Shown piece after piece: positions 12,489 through 25,180 of a DNA stretch of 64,000 nt; positions within the stretch are counted from its first letter, which is position 1, and each line of letters starts with the position of its first letter. This stretch comes from Camelus ferus (lineage: Eukaryota), in assembly GCF_009834535.1 (NCBI RefSeq), contig NC_045701.1, positions 32,488,001 to 32,552,000 on the forward strand, given 5' to 3'. Below the pieces are notes generated by a model. It worked only from the letters and a program-made list of their open reading frames with translations. It did no database searches and was not told the DNA's origin. The position numbers and the translations under genes were made by a program.

Positions 12489-13649
12489 TTTTAATCTAGA
12501 CACCATAAAAATGAATTATTAAGGAGATGAGTTTAACAGAAGTTTTTGTTTTCTGTGGACCTCAGGTGGTCGAATTTTTTTAACCATAATACTCTGTTTA
12601 GCTGTATCTTTGCCAGTAGTTCATACAAGCACTTCTCCATTTTATTATTTGTTTAATGATATAATGAGCCTAGGTATTTTAATATTTTTAATGAAAAATT
12701 GAAACCATATTGGTTTTGCCTCCAACACCACCATTTTAAACTAAAAATGTAACTTGCACAATTTCCCATGGCATAAAATTAGACTACCTCATTTTAATGG
12801 CTACCTGGTATTTCTGTGTCTATCGTATGGATCATAATTTATTTAACCAATCCCATCCTGTTGCAGTGTTTGGATCTATTTTGTTTCCAGTGTTTTACTT
12901 CTATCAGTAATTGCTCTGCTGAACATAAACATTTATGCTAGACTTAGCATATAGGTCAGAGCTCAATTCCTAGAAGTGACACCAGCGGCTCATGAGGAAG
13001 CGAGTCTGATTGGTAGAGACAAAGTTTCCCCTAGATAAACTCTCCTGGGAAGGTACAGACATGGAAACAAGCAAGAATTGATGGCCATATTTGCTTGGCA
13101 GAAGTAACAACAACAAAAAAATAACACCAGTAAAAACCAGAGAATCAGGTTTGGAAGTCTGTACTTGAAACAACGATGGTGAACCAGTTGTAGGTTCTTA
13201 AGCTTTTAAAGAACACTGCAGTAGATCAACTAGAGAGGCATGAAATAGTGAAAATTTAATTTGGAGTGGTGACCCTGAAAGCAACCTCAACTACAGCTAA
13301 GAATCCATAGGACTTGAAGAACTGAATTTAAAGGACAAAGAAGAGGGAAAGATCATTTTGAAAATGATTCCAGATTTTCCAAGCTGGCCAACCCAGAAAC
13401 CACAGAATCCTAAGGTCTCAGTATATATTATTATAGGTCACAGATAGTAAGTAATCTGGCAATAGGAGATGGGTGACTGGCAGAATCTGCTATATAATTA
13501 GTAGAGCCCAGAGAAAGGGGAAATGTGGGGTGCTTTTTCAAAGATTTTAAAGAATTTCAAACGCTGACAGCAGAACATTTAAGTGTGGGTTCGACTGTAC
13601 AGGTCGCACACCCATGAAGCCGGCCCTGGTGACTGTGGATAAGTTCAGG

Positions 13650-15250
13650 TCTAGCGGTCTAGAAACCAGGAGGCAACACCCGAAGGATTGACCACACCCT
13701 CGCCCTCCCAAAGAGAGTGAACCCCAGAAGGAGAGCCCGGGGACACTAAGGGCCCCCGCTCCCTTTTCTGTCCTCAAGGGGCTCTGGGCGGGGGACAGAT
13801 CGAAGCACTTAGGGAGACTGCGGGCTGGGGGCGCTGAGGTGCAGCTTGGACCCGGGGCCTTTCCGCTCTGCATGGTCACTGGAGCCACACACTCCCACCC
13901 CCACTCCATACTGGGCGAGGATCCCGAGGTACAAAAGTCCCGGCCTTGGACTCAGCCGGGTTACTCATAAACCCAGAGGAGAGGGTAGGAGGCGACGCGC
14001 GTGCACACTCTGGACCGGCGGCCCCGGGCGGAGAGGAACCTCAGGGACAGAGGGGCCAAGGAAGGTCCGCAAATGCTCGAGGGCCCAAAGGCGTCAGAGG
14101 GGAACTGACGAAGAGGAAAGGCCTGTGAAGACCCACGGGTACATTAGGGAGCGTCTGCAAAGACCGCGGAGGGAAGCCAGGGGTCATCTAAAAAGTTGCC
14201 AAAGCGGCTAAGAGGAGGTCTAGAAAGGACCATCCCCACAAGAACAAGGCTTCCGGAAGCTAAACCCGGAAGGGAGGGTGTGAAGCCCTGGGTTCCCATA
14301 TGTGACGTGAACACACTCCAAAGGCGCCAGGTACCCCTTAGGGCAGGGCCGACTAGAGCTGTAGCCAGCTACACGAAGAAGGCTGGAGCCGGGTGAGGGA
14401 CAAGGGGAAGAAAGAGACCCTTAGAGACCGTCTGAAAAGTGCAGAGCCAAATGGACACAAGGGACCGACAGCAAATTGTACCCCTTGCTAAGACATTTCT
14501 CGTCAGCAAAGCACCAACTTCTTTTCTAAGCCCCTCCCCTCACCCAGTAAATCTAGTTCCGTTGTCTCTGATTCAGGAAGCAGAGGTTCCCCACTTACTC
14601 CTCCCAATAAGGAGCGAACGCCCCTCCTGTGTCGCACTCTTTCTCCTCCCCTTACACCCCTCACGCACTTTATCCCGCCCATCTGTCAATCACCGTGCTA
14701 AGCTGTCCAGTGAGCGGGCCAAGGGGGCGGGGCCGTCAGGGCGTCACGTGAGGTCCGCTGTCCGCCGGCCGCGGAGCACGGAGATGTGACGAAGGAGGCG
14801 CGTGACGAAGGAGCGGTTGGCCGACGCCGCGGCTGCCGTCCGTGTAAACAAGGCTTCGCGCCGCTGCGGGTCCTGCGACCACTCCTGGCTGGTGGGTGGT
14901 CTCGCGCGGGGCTGTAACAGCCAGCTTTGTGGGAGGTGCTTCTCGGCTTCCTCCCTGCCTCTCCCCCCACAGCGTACACACCCCCGGCACACCACGTGGG
15001 CGTGAGGCAAGGAAGGAGGGGGTGTTAGGCCGAATTTTAACCTCATTGGTTGTCCCTGCCGCCGGCTTTCGCAAGGGAGTGCTCTGATTGGTCAGTAAAG
15101 GGGGCGTCGGGGGGTCTTTGAGACCTAAGGCCTCTGATTGGTTAGATGAGATAAACTAATGAGGTCCTTTCTTCCGCGAGGGGTTTTGATTGGTCGGCCG
15201 GAGAGGTACCTGGGAATCCACCCCCATCCCGGGGACTTTGGTAGGTGAGT
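13650..15250. promoter_or_regulatory. CpG island / DCAF11 promoter
   Basis: GC box ggggcggggc near 14724-14733, E-box TCACGTGA 14744-14751, four ATTGG boxes at 15045, 15087, 15137 and 15189; probable 5' UTR donor at 15245 (g|gtgagt) and acceptor at 15354. Confidence 0.8.
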
Positions 15251-15567
15251 TTGAGGTAGAAAACTGAGAAATTCCTCTTCAAAGGATTCTCACAACTGGG
15301 CTAGCGTAGCCTCTTAGGCTTAACTCCGCCTTTTTTTTTTTTTTTTCTTCACAGGATTGAGAAAGGTTTGTGTCCCTGCAGCCTTGGGAGTTGTTACAGG
15401 CTAAGGAGAAGGGATCTCGGTCCCTAGAAAGGGTCGCCCTCCTAGAGATAGCTACCCATGTATCTCAGGAGACTTTGGTATTTCTAGAGCAGGCTTTGCT
15501 TTCACTAAACCCAAGGCGGTGACAGGAGGAGTCCCTGCACAGGACTTAAGGATGCTGTGACCAGAAG

Positions 15568-18500
15568 ATGGGATCACGGAACAGCAGCAGCGCAGAAACT
15601 GGGTCCGGAGACCCCCCTGAGGGCTTGCCCCGAAGAGGGGCTGGCCTGCGTAGGAGTGAGGAAGAGGAAGAGGAGGATGAAGATGTGGATCTGGCCCAGG
15701 TACTGGCCTATCTCCTACGCAGGTAACTTACCCTCTGGTGTGTCCCCACCAGGCGCCACCACAGTCCCTTGATCCCAGCTCCTGTCAGGGAAGTTACAGA
15801 GAATAGGGAAAGGGATTAGCCCAGCACAGCTGTTCTGTTTGAGCTGGACACTCAGGGCACTCAGCTTTGTACCCAGTAAGAGTCGTTCTTGCCTAGGGAG
15901 GGTCAGCAAGACCCTCTTGTGTTTGAGGCGACCGTTCAGGGGAGTCTCTCTAGCTATGACTACACAAATATAACCTATTTTCTAAGTAAGTTAAAAAAAA
16001 AAAAAAAACGAGCGGGACTGTGGTGGGAAAGGAGTGATGTGAGGGGTGCAGAGAAGAGTTGGGGAGGTGAGTGTTGAACTTTAGTGAAATTATTAATACA
16101 TGATATGGGGCCATGTGGATTTACTGGAAAAACAAGTTTAAATTAACCTTACTCTAATCCTATTCTTGAGGAAAGAATGCTTTGAGGGAAGTGACCATCA
16201 GGAATTGACTGGAAAGGGATACAGCTGGCTTTGGTTCTTAGCTGTGGCTCCTTGGGGAGAAGACAAGCTTGGGGATCCCTTCAGGATACCATGTTCTATG
16301 CTGCACTCCTTGGGCAGAAGCTCAGAATTTTTAGCTCTCTGGGGAGTCAACTTAGTAGGTTGGTCAACATCATGCAATGTTGGGGTTTTCTACTCCCACT
16401 GTAAGAGAATGAGTTTCCTAGTGTGCCTTAATAGCAGGCTGAAAATAACAGCCAAGGTCTAGTGAGCTTCAAACCTCAAAATGGGGACAGTATGAGGGTT
16501 TGAGGACCAGCTCTAAGAACTAGATAGCCACTGACTCTGAATTTGGTTGGTTTGGGAAAGGATTCCTCCCCTTTATCATGGTGGGGGGGGTCTCTCCACA
16601 GAGGCCAAGTGAGGTTGGTGCAGGGAGGAGGTGCAGCAAATTTACAACTCATCCAGGCCCTCTCGGACTCGGAGGAAGAGCATGACAGTGCCTGGGACGG
16701 TCGTCTTGGAGACCGATACAACCCACCTGGTAAGAGGAAAGGCAGAGATCCTAACATCAGAAGACTTTTGTTAGAAAACCTTTTTTAAAAATTATTTTGG
16801 CCAAAACTGAAAGAAAATGAGATAATTCAGGGAATGAGGGAGTCTTTGCCACCCTGGTATAATCAGCCACATCAAGTGGGCTGAGCGCAGCTCTGCTAAC
16901 TGTCCTCTGGGGCCAGAAGACCTAGGATGAAACTTGTCTTTGGTACTCACAGTGGATGCAACCCCCGACACCCGGGAGCTGGAATGCAATGAGATCAAGA
17001 CACAAGTGGAATTGGCCACAGGGTGGCTAGGACTTAGGCGGATGGCCCGGGAGCACAGCTTTCCTCAAATGCTGCACCAGGTAGGCCTCTCTGCTTCCAG
17101 CCAGCCCGGCAGCAAGCCTATCAATGTAGCCAGAAGCTCTGCCAGTCCCAGAGGAGAGAGAAGTAAACTTTCCTAGAAGGCCTCAAGTGCTGGAACTGGA
17201 GAGCTTTTAGCCAACCTGCATCAGAGTTTGGTGGGATATACTGCTGTGTGCGATGTTGGTTTCTGTATTGAGAGCAGTATCTTTGGAGGAGGGGGCGTGG
17301 TTGTGGCCTAAGTGGCCCTCTGTTTCTGCTAGCAATATTCCCCAATCTCTTCTTTTAGAGAGAACGGGGCCTCTGCCACCGGGGAAGCTTCTCCCTTGGA
17401 GAACGGTCTCGAGTGATGTCTCAGTGAGTATGGAGTTTGGTGGAGAGATTCCATGGGCCAGATAGGTCTCATCTCCTAAACTTTGAAAGGATCAGCATTA
17501 AAGGGTCCACAGGGATATTAAGGTTAGATTAAATGGGATTGAGGCTTTGAAAGTAAACGAAGTGGAAAAGTATGGCATTGAGAGGACTATAGAAGGAATG
17601 AAAGAAAGGGGACTGTACCCAGAGCCAAAGGGAAGAATGCCCTTGAACTCACGTCCAGTTCTGTTAGGATTCTGCTAACCGGGACACTCCCATTCTGAGC
17701 TCCCTTTACCCTCATTTTCCCTCTGCTTCCCCAGCTTCTTGCCCAACGATCTGGCCTTCACTGATACCTACTCTCAGAAGGCTTTCTGTGGCATCTACAG
17801 CAAAGATGGTCAAATCTTCATGTCTGCTTGCCAAGGTAACAGATCTTTGTCCTACAGACTGCCCTAGAACAAGAGATACACCCCGTGGCTGAGGCTGGAA
17901 AGCCTCAGACCCAGGGAGCTCAGACCCTGGCATAGGGCTGCTTAGCCAGAACAACTTCCCACGATCAAGGGATGATTCCACAAATACACCAAGTGAGAGA
18001 GATCTGAGTTAGGGAGGATTCCAGGAGGGTGTTCCCTAATTCTGCCTGATCCCCACTTACACAGACCAGACAATCCGACTGTATGACTGCCGGTATGGCC
18101 GCTTTCGTAAATTCAAGAGCATCAAGGCCCGGGATGTAGGCTGGAGCGTCTTGGATGTGGCCTTCACCCCTGATGGGAACCATTTCCTTTACTCCAGCTG
18201 GTCTGATTATAGTGAGTATGCCCCAGACCTCCACTGTTTCTCCAGCCTGAGACCTGAGATCTCCAAACACCTATCTCTGTGCCAGTTCTCCATGCCTTCT
18301 CCTAGGAAGGTCACTGCCATGGTCTGACATCCTTGCCCTGTGTTTCATTCCCCTCCCTAGCTTCTCTCCCATCTTTCCTACCCCAACCCTGAAAGATTCT
18401 TGTTTCTCTTGCTTCTCTTAGTTCATATCTGCAACATCTACGGGGAGGGAGACACACACACTGCCCTGGATCTAAGGTACTGGATTCCCTTCCTGGTCAG

Positions 18501-21500
18501 ACTCATCAGAATCTTCTCAAGGAAGGCTCTCCGGGAGCAAACCTCTTAAACCCGAACTTCCACTTAGAGGGAAAAGTACACTGGTTGCAAGTTTCTCTGT
18601 GGATTCCTGGGAGGGAATCACCCATCCTGTCAGCCAGCCAGAGGACCAGGGTAAAATAGACAGCTGCAGGATTCTTCCCAGGTTCTTACTGAGGTGCTCC
18701 ACGTTCTGGTGTGTGCTGGCCGGACTTCTCGTCCCCTTGGAAGTGTGCCTCATGGCCCTCATCAGATTTTGTGTCAGTTTATGACGGCTGAAAGGAAGTC
18801 CATTTGACACAGCTCCTCCTTTGCTCTTTTCAGGCCAGATGAGAGACGCTTTGCTGTCTTCTCCATCGCTGTCTCTTCAGATGGACGAGAAGTCCTCGGA
18901 GGGTGAGTGTTTGTGGGGATGTCTGCCTCACTTAATGGGACTGGATATCTCTCAGAGACCAGCTCTGCTGCTACAGAGGCTGCACTGGACACCTGTACCC
19001 AGGCGACTGTGGAGAACACCCAGGCTTTCTCCAGGGTCAGGGTTTATGAGTTGCTTCACCTCTTGTTCACCCTTCACCCAGCATAAGATGGGAGGTCTCA
19101 AACCTCCTGGCAAACACAGCTGACCCTTCTCCCATCTTCTGTTTAAGAAGGAACAAGGGCTTGCCCCTCCTCAGGGCTTCTCTGCAGCTTCCCCAGAACA
19201 CATACAGCCTTGGTCCTCTTGGTGTTGGCTCCAGAGCCCTTTTTATCCCCTCCCTTTCAGGGCCAATGATGGCTGCCTGTATGTCTTTGATCGAGAACAG
19301 AACCGGCGTACCCTTCAGGTATTGCTTCCGAGACTTCGAGCCTCTGCCTCCTGGCTCTTGGCCTATTGGAAGACCTAGAAAGAGATCATAGGCATCCTGG
19401 CCTCTTTCTCCCCTAGATTGAGTCCCATGAGGATGATGTGAACGCAGTGGCCTTTGCTGACATAAGCTCCCAAATCCTGTTCTCTGGTGGTGACGACGCC
19501 ATCTGCAAAGTGTGGGATCGACGCACTATGCGGGAAGATGACCCCAAGCCCGTGGGCGCACTGGCTGGACACCAGGACGGCATCACCTTCATTGACAGCA
19601 AGGTGGGCCTGGAGGCAGGACCACACAGCCAGGCTACTGAGGTTCTGGTTCTCCAGGAGGGCATCAAAGTGGATGGGTGTGGGAATTCACCAGGCTCCTC
19701 ATTAGCCAAGGTTTGCAAGAGGTGGAGTTTAGGGAAGAGGCTTAAGCCAGGAAACGTGAGATCCATTGGTATCTGCCACTCCTCCAGAAGCAGAGCAGGG
19801 CTTTCTGTACAAGAAAAGTAGAAGACAGTCTGATCCAGGATAGACAAGGAGTCCAGCCAGCACCCTGGGCAAAGAAAGGGAAACTCTGCCAGGGGTAGAG
19901 GTCTGTGGTGAGGCCCGTTTGGATAAAGAAAGAGGCAACCAAAGTTAAAGGATTGGTGTTCTTACCTGTCAGCTGGGGAAAGGGAGCTGGACTGACAGAC
20001 ACCGACATTTGCAAGCTCCGATGCTTCATTATCCATCTTGGGATTCACAGGGTGATGCCCGGTATCTCATCTCCAACTCCAAGGACCAGACCATCAAGCT
20101 CTGGGATATACGGCGCTTTTCTAGCCGGGAAGGCATGGAAGCCTCGCGCCAGGCTGCCACACAGCAAAACTGGGACTACCGCTGGCAGCAGGTGCCCAAA
20201 AAAGGTGAGAGTGGAAGTAGAACCTGAGATCCTGAGAGTGCAGGGCCGGGGGTGGTAGCTAAAATATTTAAGCCCTGTTCAGGCTTGGCATGGGCACAGT
20301 GGATGGGGCCGTAGCCTAGAGCCAAAGTTCTGGAGACCTCCCCTGACACTCCCTTGCCAAGCTTTTGATAACTCTGTGTTTGCTGAACTGTGGGAGAGCC
20401 AGGGGTTCCCAGTGCACAGGCTGGGGATCACTCAGAACCAAGGAGTACAAAAGTATTTCAGGGTCTTAACAACCAGCAGAGCTCTGTTGGTGAATATCAG
20501 CTGACTATTAGGAGGGGAAAGAGCCACCAGTTGGGAATTGGAAAGGTGATTGTCCGTGAGCATTGATCTTTGCTAAGGACCAGTGATACGGAGAATTCAG
20601 ACTCCCTAACCTAGGGCTCGCCCTGCATCCCTACCCAGCTTGGCGGAAGCTGAAGCTCCCAGGGGACAGTTCCTTGATGACCTACCGGGGCCACGGGGTG
20701 CTGCACACCCTCATCCGCTGCCGATTCTCCCCCGCCCATAGCACCGGCCAGCAGTTCATCTACAGTGGCTGCTCCACCGGCAAAGTGGTCGGTAAGGATT
20801 GTGTCAGAACTGGGGGCCTCAGGAAGGGCAGGAAGGTTTCTCTGGCATTCCTCCTGTAGCCACTAGTGACCACCTTAAAAAAAAACCAGTGACACCTACA
20901 AGTGAAATTTAATTTAGCCTGGGGCAAGAGAGGCTTAACCAGAGAAATAGAAAACATTCTACTCATCAACAGATTTAAAGAAAAAAATTTATTATTATTA
21001 TTATTATTTTATTATTACTACTACTACTACTACAACTACTACTACTACTATTTTAAATGGAGATACTGGGACTTGAACCCAGGACCTCATGCATGCTAAG
21101 CATGTGCTCTACCACTGAACTATACCCACCCCCTCTCCATCAACATTTTAAATTAAGAAAAGGAACCTAGAATTCTAGTCAGTGAATATAATCAATTACT
21201 AAAAATATACTCAGCTCTGTTGTTTAGCCAGTTGAGGGAAGAGATTGCAGATGAAAGGTAGGTGGAAACAGAGACAAAAAGAATGAAACACAAAGACACA
21301 GCATTTAGTAAAGGGTGTTGTACAGCCACTGAAGCAGTGTGACTGCACGAAAAGAAACACAAACACAGCCACAGGTCGAAGGAGTCTAAGACAGTTCCAC
21401 GCCCAGGGAGGCCTCAGATGGAGGCCCATCCAGGGAGAGAGGAAGGTACACCCACATGCAGATAAGGGACAGCGGGTTCACACGTCTGTGTAGACAGCCC

Positions 21501-22165
21501 ATTGTTCACTTTTGTGGTGCCTTCCATAGCTCGTGGGCTTTTCAAAAATTGCTTCTAAAAACTAAAGCCACATTGCATTTTCTTAACTATAGATCTTGTG
21601 AAATTTAGCTAAGGGCCAGAGACACCCAAGCTCTGCTAGACCATACCCTCAACCCGAGGTAGGGAAAAGAAACTGAGAAGTAACACCATCCTCGGATGTG
21701 GGCTTTGCTTCCCTGGACAAGTGGGAAGTTGCCTGGGGGGCGGGTAAGTGGTGCTGTGCAGGGAGAGATGAGGGGTAGCTCACAGGTCTTCTGGCAGCCC
21801 CTCTCCACTCTGGCCTTTCCTGGACAGTGTACAACCTCCTGAGTGGCCACATCGTGAAGAAGCTGACCAACCACAAGGCCTGTGTGCGTGACGTCAGCTG
21901 GCACCCCTTCGAGGAGAAGATTGTTAGCAGTTCGGTGAGGATGCTGGGGTCGGGGGGACAGTGTGTGTCTGGGAGATGGACCTGGGAGGGGGCAGTGCCC
22001 CCTGACTACTTGCCCCCTTCTTCCCTGCAGTGGGATGGCCACCTGCGTCTGTGGCAGTACCGCCAGGCTGAGTACTTCCAGGATGACATGCCAGAGTCTG
22101 AGGAACACCCTAGCACCCCTGCGTCAACGCCCCACCCCTCTGCAGCCTTTTCCTCGCCCCAGTAG
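15568..22165 (+). CDS. DCAF11: DDB1- and CUL4-associated factor 11 (WDR23), WD40 substrate receptor, 546 aa
   Basis: Exons 15568-15722, 16602-16729, 16953-17080, 17359-17423, 17735-17835, 18065-18211, 18422-18476, 18834-18902, 19261-19318, 19417-19602, 20051-20204, 20639-20791, 21828-21934, 22031-22165; total 1641 nt, all GT-AG. MGSRNSSS start, WD repeats including CKVWDRR and IKLWDIR, ends FSSPQ*. Confidence 0.97.
20989..21133 (-). mobile_element. Camelid-type SINE whose A-tail has become a (TTA)n(CTA)n microsatellite, DCAF11 intron
   Basis: Body 21055-21133 (gggacttgaacccaggacctcatgcatgctaagcatgtgctctaccactgaactatacc) directly preceded by a trinucleotide tract at 20989-21050. Confidence 0.85.
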
Positions 22166-22868
22166 ATCTGACCTCCAGCCCCATTCATGGGTGAGCCTCT
22201 TGACAAGCTCTCCGCCTCCTCCTCCCTTTCTCCCTTCTGGGGGATCTTTGGGGAGTCACTGGCAGTGGATGGGGAGAAACAGAAGCTCAGGCTTCAGGAG
22301 CCCTGGGAGATCCTCCCCTGGGGGTAGAGTGGTCTCCTCATGTGTTGACACCCAGCTTGGGTTTGGGTGGCTATCTCTGGCCTGAGTCTGGCAGGATTGC
22401 CATTATCTGGGGTGTGGCCTTTGTCAGCAGGAGAACTGTCCTGAGTGTTTTTAATCATGTTTGGGTGTCAAGTGTAAGCTCCTAGAGTAGATGCCTGGGG
22501 CCGGGTCTGAAGTGAGCCGTCAGCCAGCCCAAAGCCCAGGCCTTCACGTTGAGGATTAGACCTGCCAATCAGAGGGCCAGGTGTTCTGGTCTTCTTCCTT
22601 AGGTCCTACTGGCTAGAGCTCTAGCCCCTCAGGGGAGGGTGTGATGGGTAAGGTGTGTCCTCAGCACCCTCCTGGGGTGGGAATTACGTCTTCTCTCTCT
22701 TGCATCTGGGTCTTTGGGGTAGGACAAGCTGTGGTGTGAGAGGCTTCATGTGGCCCCACACAGCACAGCCCACCCGTCCCAGAGTGTTCCATCCCATCAG
22801 AGCCAGCAGCTTCAAGGAGGGATGGTGAGGTAGGACTCCTTCGTCCTCTCACTGGCTTTGGCTCCCTC

Positions 22869-22874
22869 AATAAA
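22869..22874 (+). terminator. Probable DCAF11 poly(A) signal
   Basis: First AATAAA I found after the stop codon, followed by a GU/U-rich stretch. Confidence 0.7.
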
Positions 22875-25180
22875 CTCTCTGTGGGAACCTGGTTCAGTGT
22901 CTGCCTATCTCTCTCTTTTTCCTGTCTGAGGTCTTTTATCCTGTCACTTCAAGAAAATAGTTTCAGCAGAGCCTTCAGATATGCTCCTGTATGGGAGAAA
23001 ATACAGCTTTGATGCCCCAAGATGAAGGGAAATACCAACATCATTTGTTAACTGAGCTTTGCAACAGGCAGTTAGTCCCTCACCAACCTCAGAAACTTGC
23101 CAGCAAGTAGAACTCGAGATAGCAGGAAATAAGCACGTTTTAGATTAGATCCTGGAACACCCGCCTCAGCTCTGCCCTGGGGCGGGTCCAGTCTACCCTG
23201 AGAAGTAGCCCAGAGCCAAAGAGAACCGAGTGGGCACTGATGCAGGCCCTGTCCAGGCATTTCACAGCTAGGAGCTCATCCACCCTCACAGCCACCCTTT
23301 TTTTTTTTAACAGGTAAGGACATGGAGATGTGCAGAGGTCAGGCACCAAGGAGCAGACCCATGGTGTGGGCAGTAGGGGAGCTTGAGTTCACATGCTGCT
23401 CAATTCCCCATTATCTCTAAGGCAGTTTTCAAACCAGGATACACACCTCCAGGGGTTTTAAAGACACTGCATAGGGTTAAAAGATGTACCCATTTTAACA
23501 GTGAAACAGGTCATTTTAAAAGAATAGTCCAGATACCCAGCCTCCATGTGCTCTCTTTCCTTCAACTGATCTACCTGTGTGACACTGTCAGGCCAGATCT
23601 CCTTCCCCACTAGCCCTTTTCTTCACCCTAGAGATGCCACCCATCTTACCCAGAACTGTATTACCTCCAGGGTGCCAAAGGTAAAGGCAAATTAAAATTA
23701 TTAGTGTCCTCAAAGCCTCATTTAATTAAGGCCCCAAGGACCAACCGTTCTTCTCATTAAGAGATGTATTTCCAATACAATTTTAGTTTATTATTAATTA
23801 TCAAACTGTGTGAAATGTTTGTTGTACTAATTATACATTTTGTACTATTAACAATTTTAAAATTTGTACTACTAACAATATATGAAAATTCAATCTGGAA
23901 GAGAAAAAATTTCACTTTTAGGGCTTTATGATCACAGGAAATGTGTAAAAATTGTTTCAAATTTGTATACTTTTTGCAGAGAAGTATAATCAATAAAAGA
24001 CTTCCAGGCATAAAAACATTAGAATAAATTCTCTGGGGAAAGTAGGATGGAAACATAATTTCTGACTATTAAGATCTTGTCACGTGTTTTTTAAATAGAT
24101 GATGGTGAAGTATAGAATCACTTGTGTTTAGATTCTATGGATATATTTAAAAGAGTGATATAAATAGCTTTATTTTGGAAATGTCAGTATATACAATACA
24201 CTGGAAATTATGTCCTTTGCAGCTATTTAAATTACAATGAAAAATTTTGTGTCCACTTGAAAATGTGTGAGGGCTTCTATAGATCTCGTATAGGGTCCAT
24301 GTCAAGGTATGGGCTGTAGGACCTGGAAGGATCCTGATGGGTTCATCCCTCGGTTTGCAGATGAGGGCACTGAGGACCAAGGAGGGTTAATTGATTTTCC
24401 CAAAGCCACAGAGTTGGGCCCAGAAGACAAGTGTCCTTTTTTTGCTCATTCCTTTCACTACTTCTTGGGCCTCCACTGTGCTCTGAAATCCCTCCACCAG
24501 TTTTGAGGAATGAGGGAGGAAGACAAAAAGGGATCTCAAAGCAATTACTGAGTAACAGGGACTTCTCTTGGGTAGGTTGCTCGCCACCCTATGGCTCCAG
24601 CCCCAGCGGTCAGGCTGAGAGTCCAAGTCTTACATGCAGCTAAGGCCCAGGGAAACTGGGGACACAACCTAAGGTTTCGATGGACTCCAGGCTGGGGGTT
24701 TTCCTTCTGGAGTCTCCTCCGCTTCCTGTCACCTGGGTGTAAACCTGATCTTTGGGGCATTGAGAGTCCAACCTGGGTTGGGTGGGGGTGACTTTGGCTT
24801 ACCAAACAGAGACAGGCAAACCCAAGCAGGCTGTGGACAAAAACAATCCTGAACAGCAGGCGTGGCCCTGAAACATGAACTAGAACATGGTTTTAGCTGG
24901 GGACAGAAACCTAGAGGGTCTAGAGGACACAGGACTAATAAGGGAGGACACAGGCTGCTGTCAGGACACATACCCGAGGCAAGAACCCTGTTGACGTGGC
25001 AGTCCTCTGCCCTGGCCCCTTACTGCCCCCCGCCCCTCTCCCTCGCCTGCCAGCTGCCAACAGGGCTCTGCCCTGTGTCTGCCACACCTGTCACTGCCTG
25101 TCCTTGTCTGGTGGGGGGGGGGCATCAGCCCCTCCTCAGCTGCCCAGCAGAACAAGCCGTTAGTGGGGAGGGGAGGGAAC

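Noticed and set aside
20902-21099. ORF with poly-Leu/poly-Tyr
   Set aside because: It is the translation of the SINE-tail microsatellite.
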